A DNA stretch of 59,547 nucleotides, the filler included, from Sphacelaria rigidula (lineage: Eukaryota), in NCBI GenBank assembly GCA_964200075.2. It is 6 parts of 6 records of this genome, joined end to end, with 100 filler letters (N's around TTAATTAATTAA, not from the genome) between each part and the next. Parts side by side here need not be neighbours in the genome. Positions count along the whole stretch, not along the records: positions 49,709 to 59,547 come from CAXNAA020007654.1; 5 more parts are not named here. One strand, given 5' to 3'. This document shows positions 50,517 to 59,547 of this stretch, one piece after another; positions within the stretch are counted from its first letter, which is position 1, and the number at the start of each line of letters is the position of its first letter. Under the pieces are notes generated by a model, which was not told where the DNA came from, ran no database searches, and saw only the letters and a program-made list of their open reading frames with translations. A program made the position numbers and the translations under genes.

Positions 50517-53500
50517 CTGCAAACTACAAATTCGCTTCTCGCTGGCCCAGCTCGTCTTATTTACTGCTCTGGCTAGCGAAATGGTGTCAAATGTCCCGAC
50601 ACTCAGACATCTATCCCAACTGAAATCGTCGTGCATCTCCGTAAGAAGCAGCCTCAAATGGTCCATGCTGTCGCTTTTGTGCTCTGCCTCTGGTCTGGTG
50701 TTACTACTGCGGCCTTTTGGTGCTGTCATTATCGAAACCACGTAGCATTGCAGCGGTAGGATTGCCGCGCTCCGGCGGTAAGGCTGGTATATCATCTGTC
50801 AGTTTGGGCGGAGTAATGGGTTCGAGCTTGGACAGTATTTCAATGGTTCATTTGTCCTGGTTCTTGGAAGGCATGGGTCGGGCGAGAGATACGGGTTGGA
50901 GCCTTTAGGCGACGGACTCGTCTCGACGAAGGAGGGTGATGAGAGTATGGCGAAAAAAAAAGAGGGTCCAACGGTACCGGAATGATCATACTGCACGTGT
51001 AAAATATCTAACAGGACTGAGGAAAGCGTTCGTTTTTCAGTTCTTATAATGCACCCCAGACGATGTAAGCGCAATAGATGCAATACACCCTACAGTTACG
51101 CTCGTGAGTAATTCTGCACGAGTCTGGCCATCCGTTGTGGCTGTGTGTGCGCGCGCGCTCCGGCGTGTGCTCCATGTGAGGAGACTGCACGATGTATGTA
51201 CATCTTCGCTCGCGGATATCTGCCGGCCATCGTTGGTTTTTCGATTCCGAACTTGAGCATGTTGCTTGTTTTCACACACCACAGTCCATTCCGGACGCAA
51301 CAGCTGATCAAGGGACGTAGCTTTTAATATTCAGGTTTTCTCTTAGTATCCCGCCGCTACCAATGCTGCTGCCGCTACTGCTGCTGTCAATGTCGATGCT
51401 GCCGCTTCCGTCGTTATTGTACGCGCTCGAACCACTTCTCTCTTCCTGATGACAGTTCGGAGGACAAGAAGGTGATCGTGGATTTGTACAACGGCGGGAA
51501 AACAGCCTTCCAGGCTCTCAGCCCGAAAGACAAAAGGTATGACAGCGTTGGAAACTGGATGTACCCGTTGAAAATATGTTGTGCTCCGGCGAAGACACCG
51601 CCCTCGGAGCATATATATATATATATACACACAGTATGTACATAAATTATTTCACATTTTTCACCACTTTTACAGAGTTTTCTCTGGCAGCAAGGAACTT
51701 TATCCCGGGCTTTTTTTCGCAGCGCACGAAGAAGGCGCAGCGGTACTTTACCTTTCAGGTTTGGGTGTCATCTAATACCTGTGGCGCGTGTTCTGGCCAT
51801 CGCAAGTCGCCCAAACTGGCTCTTTTTCGCGGGGCGTCGATCCTCAACCACAAAAGCCTTTCCAAGGTCGTGAAAAACTTCAAACATGAACCCGAACCAC
51901 AAAAAAAACCTGTTCATTGCGGAGTATTCTTTCACCGTGATTTTCTTCGCGTTCTCGTTGATTTGGGAGCACGAAGACAGCGATTATGCAGCGAATGTCA
52001 CGAGAACATCAAAGTAAAGCAGTTAAATACAGTTGATCATTGCCGTGGCCGTAGTCAGCAGCAAACACAGGTCGGATAATCTGAGATTCTCTATTCTTAT
52101 TTAGTTTTGACGTGGAAGCCTCTAACACCGTCATATCTGCGTAATGTGGTGCCAGTTATGCGAACCCAACAGTCCACAAAAACATGTTGAAGATCATTGG
52201 AGGATGTGTAGATTGATATTAGAGGAAGTTGTCACAGTCACAGCTGCGGCAGGGGAAGTTGCTGATGGTCCGGTCCGCATTGATACGGTGGAAACACCCT
52301 GTTGTCTGATGACGGCTATAGTGGGTACAATGGCGGTTGAACACGCAGGCTGAGACGGATCCTGCCGGCCTCATCATCAATCTTCACCCAGTTATGGATG
52401 AACGCTTGAAGAAGCCCTGCACACAAACATCGTTTTTGGTGCGCCATATGCGTGAGGGTTGGGAGCTGAACATTTCCGCTTCAAAAACCTCGGCAGTCGA
52501 AGGTTAAGCTCCTGTCGCGCGACCAGTGGGTAGTGCCACGGACCCTTGCCGGCGTACCTGGTACTGGGGGTGACATCCCGTTGCAGACAATTCCATCACT
52601 ACCGGGACGGCCGTGCAAACAGGCCGGCGACCGGGATGGCCGTTGCACTGGTGTTCTTCTAGCGTTATCAACTTAGAGTACGGCCGCACAGGCTTAGCAC
52701 GTGAATATTCCGGTGATTGCCTCATTCCCACTTCGGCTATGTGCTCTCGATTATTTCACGATCTCATCGCCTAAAATGTGTGGGAATGTATTACACACTC
52801 GACAAAAGCATTCTACCGTCAGCATACAATTTAAAAGAATATACTGTGCACAGTATGGAAGCTATCGCCTACTGCGACGTGCGTAATACTTGTAGTGGGA
52901 ACTGCGCGCAGAATCACTTCCAAGGCAGTGTAGAAATTTCCACGCGGTATGAATTGTTACGGCCGGCTTGCGCGCCATAGCGTCTGTGTTACCATACAGC
53001 TCCGCTCAAGATACAGGCAGGAATTATAGCGGCAGAGGTGGCCTATTACTCCTGCGTGCGCCACCTATGACGCGTATCTTCTGGTAAAGACCCCGCGCAT
53101 GATGAAACGAAATTACTATTAGAAGGATGATGGAAGAGGAAGAACGAGGAAGACATGGGAGACAAACAGGCAGGCATGCAGAGAAAGAGAGCGGAAGTTG
53201 AAAAGATGCCGAAGGCCTAAACATTCAGTAACAGAGCAGATTATGTGCTGGATGGAGTACAGCAGATCAACATCGCTAGGGTTGAAAGCTAAGTGGAAAC
53301 GTGGGCAAGCGAGAAGACAAGACAGGGGCATACTAATTTCATGCTACAGCGTTCCGCCTTTCCCATCCATCGTCATTAGAGTAAGAAGCGGGTTACCCTC
53401 TCGACCATTTATATCTGGATTCCTTGCAAGCGGTTGCTGTTGCTATGTCAGCGACGGCAGCTCTCCTGTTGGTAGCTGTCAACGCGACAGCTGCTTGCCT

Positions 53501-53971
53501 TGTAACGTAGGTCGGAATAGCCTAGGTCTTCGTGTCGGCATTATGATGTATATTTTGTCGTATTTTCGACCCCTCCCCCCTTCGTCTCCTCCATCTCTCC
53601 TCTCCTCCACGGGACACGACCGTAACCTTGAGTGATCAATCAATCTTTTGGTTGGTATCCACTTGGCGCGTTGTTGTTGAACATTGGACCGGCATTGTTG
53701 CAGCCCGTCGACTTCTCACTGGCTCAGACCTTTCCTCTTGTCCATTAACGCCTGACGACAGAGACCAAATAACAGACGGCCGTGTAGGCCGTGTACGATC
53801 GGATTCGGACCCGAAGAGATTGCGCAAGCTAGTGCTGATGCGTAATGCTTCGATCACTGAGACCCGGCGGCCTGACTTCGGAAACATGAGGCGCTCTCGG
53901 TGACGACAACTGGGTCGTTGGCAACGGCATGGCGGAGATGATACAATAGCTTAAGCTGACTTTCCCTGAAG

Positions 53972-54027
53972 AATACGATCGTAGTGGCCAAGATAGTCGC
54001 GTCCCTGAAACGTTTCGGCAACCCCGG
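53972..54027 (+). CDS. Putative penultimate exon of an RGS-like protein
   Basis: CTGAC branch-like site + AAG acceptor. NTIVVAKIVASLKRFGNP GG|GTGCGT, phase 2 fits 54219. The 5' boundary is uncertain. Confidence 0.4.
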
Positions 54028-54218
54028 GTGCGTTCGGTGTTTCGACGAGATTTACACGGTTATTTGGGGTGTTGCCTCCATTTCTTCTCCCACTGCTGCA
54101 TTTTGTCCTCCCTCGTCTGCTCCCTCCTGGATCGTGCTCTTCTGTCGATTTATATGCTTATTTTCGCTGACAGGTGTATTTTTTGCGGTGCCTCTTTTTT
54201 ATTTTGTTGTTCGGGCAG

Positions 54219-54363
54219 GTTGGTGTTTGCGGAAGCCTACGTGGAAGTCCGCTACATGGTGGAAGTCAACCTCATGACGCGTTTCGTCCAGACCAACGAA
54301 TTCCGGTCGGCGCATCTCGAAGTGGAAAGATCGTGGAGGAACGGTTCTTCTCCTGCCGTGTAA
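54219..54363 (+). CDS. Terminal exon encoding the C-terminal helices of an RGS-like domain
   Basis: Polypyrimidine tract + CAG. LVFAEAYVEVRYMVEVNLMTRFVQTNEFR resembles the RGS consensus FDxAQxEVxxLMExDxYxRFLxSxxY. Ends in TAA. Confidence 0.65.
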
Positions 54364-56500
54364 CATATCAGATCGTGTTTTTGCTTCTACTTCCCCCCTG
54401 GTCTATTTGCCCTGTCTTTTCGCTATTCGGTGTTATTTTGTTCGATGCAAGCTGATGAAAGGGCCATTGATAGTGGCGGAGGTTGTTGCTGTAGCGATTT
54501 GATGTGGTGGTGGCTGATGATACTGATACTGTATTGATTTGATGTGCTTGATATTGTAGCGAAGTTGAATACGTGAAGACGAGTTTGGTACACATTTATA
54601 CATGGTGGTGATTTGCGATTTTTCCTGTGGTGATGAGATTTGAGGTTTTATGAGTGTTCTTATACGGGTTCGACAACGTGCTGTTGTGAAGTTACGCCCT
54701 TGAGGTGACATGCGATTTTTCTTTCAGGTGGCTCCATGTAACGTGGCTGTAGTTCATCCATGGTGTGTGATGCGGAGACAATACGTGTTAGATTATCTTA
54801 TTCGATTCTTGCGCGTTCTTCAGCCCAGAGTTAACGTTTGGTGTGGGAACGAATACCAAGCCAGTTTTCGCAAACCCAAAGGCCGCCACGGACCCGTTGT
54901 GGCATTTTTCCGCGATTGGTCGGTGCCATGATCACGTACCTTACGCAACAGCCCATGTACCAGGCGTACGCCCAAAGGCAGCTTGGTCCTGTAGGGGACG
55001 GTGAAATGTCGCCCGGAACAAAAAGAGGAAACGTCCTCCTCTCCTGTTCATGTGTTTCATCTTCGAATTTGTTCAGTATCTTTCTCGTCCCTCTCCCCTT
55101 CCCGCCCCTTCCCGCCCGCCCACTCCCCACCCCCCTCCCCCCTCTAACGTTTCGTGGGAGAACAACATTGACTGACTTGCGCACGGCGGCAGTACAGTCA
55201 AGAAAGGTCAAGAAGTCCCTTAATGGGCCTTAACGGGGCGGTCTCCCAAAACTATGCGTCGATATGTTTGGGGACATTTGCGATCCATGTCACATGTTTT
55301 GTTGTGCATTTTTTTCACTACCAGGGGTGGTGTCCTTTCCGATAGTTAAAGTCAACGACGTCTTTAGTTCCTCTTTTGTGTCTTGTCTTATTTCTCTCGC
55401 ATTTTTTCCCTGTTATGATTGTACGTGGGGCCCGGGTCATCACTTGGGGATGTTTTTTTCTATCGAATAGAATCAGACAATAATAACTCTGAGCAAGTAG
55501 ACTCTGAGTGATGGATCGTGTGCCCCCTTCTACCCCTCCCCTGTAAGATGCACGTGTAGGTAAGGATCACAGACAGGAGGCAGGTTTTAGGGGTTCAACT
55601 ATTGGTCGTTTGGTAACGTACGGACACCGCCGCTTCTCCACTGTATGGACGTGGAGAGCATGTTGGTGTGTGCAATGTATGATTTGCGTGACATATGGAG
55701 TAGATCGGAGCAATGCAAGATAGCCGCATTGCCACATGTGGTATTTGTGTGTACCGTCGCCAAGTCCTCTCTGCGCAGCAGACTGTGCATGAAAAATAGA
55801 GAAGAGTGGACACAACCGATTTCCGGATCCTGGAAATATTTTTTCCCGTTCGAGAGTCGTGCTGGAGCTGTTTGGCAGGCGATCTATTAGATTGTTTTCG
55901 GGGGCGTGTTCGCGCCGTTTTTACGTCTTTTTCAAGGTGCTCTTTTGGAATGAGTTCTTGTCGGGATACCGAAGCGCTTGACAACCAGCGTATTATGCTT
56001 ATTTGTTCTCCAAGGGGTCTTGCGCCGTCTCAGCACTTTCACGGCCAGGGCCCCTCGGAATGAGTTGACAATGACTTCCGTTTGTTTTGAATTTGCTTCC
56101 GTTTCATATTGGTTCGGGACCCCGAATTTATATTCAGTAGGTCAAGTACCTTCACGCTGCAGGAAGGACGGAGAAGGCAAGCGAGGCGGTCATGTACCGA
56201 GTAGAGAAAAAAATCGTTCCTGTACAACATGGCGGGTTTGGAATACGTATCTCTTGGCCATTCCATATCCTATATTGGGAAATGATGTGGCTTCTCTGCA
56301 GATGAGCTGAGCCGCCCTAAAAGCTGAAACGCCTTTTACCCAACATACCTCAAGAACCGCGACGACGTGTCGTGGAGTAAACACATGACTTTGATCGGAA
56401 GATCGCCATGCGTGTGCTCCGACAGGTCTTAATATACTTGGGGGTGTTTATACAAAGACCAAGGTGTACCGAAACAATTCTGTTAGGTATACTGTACAGG

Positions 56501-56575
56501 GCGAAACCGTGGTCTGACGGTCAGGCTGTCACCTCCAGGGTGGAGAAAACGTGGGTTCAATTCCCGCCAGATGCG
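56501..56575 (+). pseudogene. Degenerate tRNA-Gly(TCC)-like sequence (pseudo-tRNA or SINE head)
   Basis: D-arm-like GTGGTCTGACGGTCAGG, anticodon-arm-like TCACC-TCCAG-GGTGG, T-loop GGTTCAATTCCC, 3' CAGATGC. Acceptor stem pairs poorly and the anticodon loop is short. Confidence 0.6.
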
Positions 56576-57319
56576 TATTTCGTTCCCCTTCGAAATATAT
56601 GATTCGCACCGCCGAAAGCATGAAGACATGGAAAAAGATGCATTGATCACTTGGGACCACGGGCTCATTCCAATGAAGGGGAGTATTTTGAATGACATGG
56701 AAAAATTTCGTGTGCTGATAATGTACTATATTAGGCTCAGTACGGCACGCGCCCCAGCATTCGCCAGGAGGAAAGTGTTGGGCGATTCTGCGACTTGAAC
56801 CGCAATTGAATTATCGCGACGTCTGTCCAGCATAAGGTCACCTATTGGGTCGGTGGTATCCGCATCGAGGACTCCCACACACCAGGTGCGTTGTACTTTC
56901 TGAACTACACATTGGCTGCCACGCCTCCTTTCAGAACAATATGAGTTTGAAACCTCATCGTCCCATCAAAGCTGTTGTACGTCGTGGACAGATTGCCGGC
57001 ACTGTCCTCTGTAGTAGTTCGTTTTTGCTTAAAAAACGTGAATATGTTGCACCGGGTTCGGCACCAGATACATCCTGCAATAAGCTTCGGAAAGGAGACC
57101 TGACGGCTAAGGCTTTGCAAAATGTAGTTATTGTTGTCTTCATATCAAAAACCGTTCCGATACCTGCGCGGTACATTCGTACTGGGCATCCGTTGCGGAC
57201 GCCTTCCGCGGTCACAGGCTAGCTACCTATAATAAGATATGGTGGGGGAATCAAGCAAGGGCAAAAAAGACAAAATAGATCTAGGTTACAACTCACAAAA
57301 CGCGATACAAGCAAAACAA

Positions 57320-57540
57320 GTGTAATGCGTGAGAGGACCGCGTGCTTAGAGGACCGCATCGGAATTCAAACATCCCTATGGTTAGGGTTTGGGTTACGTA
57401 GGGTTAGTGTTAAGGTCATGGTCAGGGGCTTAGTACCTCCAGGGAATGAATGACCCGATTGGTTTTGAAAAACGTCGATTCTGAGGTGTTTTGAACTACG
57501 GCGCGGTCTCCTAAGCACGCGGTCCTCTCATGCAATACAC
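57320..57540. mobile_element. MITE with long TIRs and an internal telomere-like tract
   Basis: GTGTAATGCGTGAGAGGACCGCGTGCTTAG / CTAAGCACGCGGTCCTCTCATGCAATACAC. Core GGTTAGGGTTTGGGTTACGTAGGGTTAG. Confidence 0.85.
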
Positions 57541-58177
57541 AAGGATAAATAATGGAGAAGAAAGAGGCAACATATGGCTAACATCAGAAGATCCGGTGCC
57601 GCAGGTTGCCATTCGGACTTCAGCGGGTGGCACCCGGCTTTCCAACTCGACGCGCGAGGCCAAGTAGTAATGAACACAGGGTCCGACTACGGGCGAGACT
57701 CAAGGCCCCAAATACCACCCAACAATAAACGAAGAATTGCAAGGTTCCATCTGACTCTCTGGCTTTTGCTAGCCCGGTGCTCGTCTTTTATCACAGGCAG
57801 GTGCAGCTCTCCTGCTCTGTCCGACTGTACTCCTTCCCCGCTCCCGGTGTGCGTACCCACGCGATGTGCAGCCCCTCCATTCCTGTCTAGGCTGTCCCCA
57901 CTGCGCTCTTCGCTGCTGCATAGCCCCGGTGTCCAGATCGTTGCTTTAGCGTTTCACTGCATGCCGCCGCTGAGTTGTTCCGAACCGAAGCACACGCCAC
58001 TCTCGTGATGTGATTGTGGTGCCTCTAATCTTCCTAACTTAGTCTCCCCGTCGATACGAGGCTCGGGCCCGTGTCTCCGCCGTCGTCGGATAATCTTCGG
58101 GTGGTGGTCTAAGCTCACAGGCGGACTTCTGCCCACCCCAGTATGGGCCGTCGGGGGAAGGGGGTGGTGTCTAAATA

Positions 58178-58359
58178 TTCCACACCTGGGACAATATATC
58201 ATGGTCAATAGTTGTTGCAATAGACAAGAAACGTACTACATGAAGTACAGGCCTATTGCAACTATTGTCGTCCGGCAATAGTTGCAATAGGGCTGTACTT
58301 TATGCAGTACACTTTCCGTCTATAGCATCTATTGACCATGTATTGTCCAGGGTGTGGAA
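58178..58359. mobile_element. Palindromic MITE (related ends at ~41660-41680 and ~39147-39225)
   Basis: TTCCACACCTGGGACAATA...TATTGTCCAGGGTGTGGAA with near end-to-end dyad symmetry. Confidence 0.85.
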
Positions 58360-58393
58360 ATTATGAGTGCGATACAGTATGAGTTACGCTGTC

Positions 58394-58658
58394 TGTGACG
58401 CCAGCAGGTTGCTAGTACTGGAGCGTCTAATGCTGCTGAGGGACTCCCCTGTTCCACTGGCCTCAGGTTTCGCTTGTTAGCCTTCACAACACCTTTTTAT
58501 TATCCTGGAGTGCTACCCAGGCACATACGCTCCAAAACCCACATCAGGGTATCATCCCTGTGTCTATGTGATGATATCATCCATATCATCACTACAGACC
58601 CCAAGTCATCATCTATATCGTCACTATATAGTCAACGTGACGGCGTGCTTTCGTCACA
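58394..58658 (-). repeat. Gypsy 3' LTR (265 bp)
   Basis: TGTGACG...CGTCACA inverted termini. Preceded on the minus strand by a G-rich PPT-like TTGGGGGTGC (58659-58668) downstream of the integrase stop. Confidence 0.75.
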
Positions 58659-58737
58659 GCACCCCCAAAGCGCGTTGGACCAGAATCGAGCAAAAAGCTT
58701 GACACTCAGAAAAATAACGCCAAAACAATTGAGCAAG

Positions 58738-59547
58738 TCACAACTGAATACCAAACTCACGCGTAATGCGAGCAGCAATGGAACGAGTCACTGGCACCTT
58801 ACGCAACTCCTTTTTGAGAAATTACGGAGCGGCCTCAAAAATATTTTGAAAAGGCCCGCACGTATCCTCTGCCTCTGCCACGCGAACAATCCCAGCCATC
58901 TGAAATTGCGCCTGGTTGAAAGCGTGCTGAAACACATCTTTCACGTCTGCCGTTACATTCAGCTGTGAGTCTGTATAAAAACGCAGACGAGCTACATGGT
59001 GGGCGGTCTGAACACGACCCGAAACAATGTTTTGGATCTCAAACACATGCGGGTGATGAGCACCAACCACTCTCCACCGACCAGTCCACGTCGCCATCAA
59101 TTTAGGCGTAACTCCCGGACGACGCACGTGTGCACACAAAACATAATCGTTTACCTCGAAATTCGGCAATTCCAGCCCCGACGAAGACGCCTCACGTCTA
59201 CGCGCACGTTCAGCGGCAATACGCTCCTGCACTTGAACGTGGGAACTTTCCTGCAACTCAAAAACTCCGTGCAACGCACGCTCCAGTTGCGCATCGTCTA
59301 AGACATCACAGTTCCACTCTCCCGCCGATGAGGACGCCAACACCGTAAAAGACGCCCGAGGTGCACGACCAAACATTACGTGATACGGCGTACTATCGTA
59401 CCGACGGCGATATGCTGTATTCAGCGCCCATTGCACAGCGGGCAACACGTCCACCCACTCGGTCACCTCTCGACGCTGCTCGAGAAGAATAGAGCGAAGA
59501 GCACGAACTGCTTCCTTGACCATGCGTTCGCACGTACCGTTATATAC
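58738..59547 (-). mobile_element. Ty3/gypsy pol 3' end (integrase C-terminus, degenerate chromodomain-like tail)
   Basis: NGTCERM, W...LPAVQWALNTA...TPYHVMFGR, KLMATWTGRWRV (GPY/F region), HVARLRFY. Premature stop at 58822. Continues past the window end. Confidence 0.92.

Noticed and set aside
50600-52480. Protein-like fragments (e.g. DKKVIVDLYNGGKTAFQALSPKDKRYDSVGNWMYPL at ~51460-51570)
   Set aside because: Interrupted by stops and a TA microsatellite. Possibly a TE relic, but I cannot assign a family.
54710-57222. Several 60-130-aa ORFs
   Set aside because: No recognisable motifs, no codon bias and no consistent exon chain.

Overview
Eukaryotic draft-assembly scaffold: about 50% GC, long GT-AG introns, TE-rich, with five 100-bp N gaps carrying a TTAATTAATTAA linker. 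Gene and repeat style suggest a brown alga or other stramenopile (inference). Host genes were rebuilt by hand from splice sites and reading phase: (i) a minus-strand transmembrane RING-H2 (ATL-like) E3 ligase at 3991-12189, head-to-head with (ii) the 5' exons of an ankyrin-repeat gene at 12476-14671; (iii) a minus-strand two-domain glycosyltransferase at 20481-26707, with an N-terminal 'FSKNR' GT-A domain and a C-terminal GT2 domain, most plausibly PgtA of the protist Skp1 O2-sensing glycosylation pathway and the most interesting item here; (iv) 3' exons of two unknown genes and an RGS-like C-terminus. Mobile DNA includes a full-length degenerate Ty1/copia element (41780-48232), the 3' end of a Ty3/gypsy element, two LINE relics, tRNA-derived fragments, many palindromic MITEs (some nested) and a 41-bp higher-order tandem array. 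There is no CRISPR array or prokaryotic operon, and most ORFs in the supplied track are spurious. No database searches were run; family calls come from recalled motifs.
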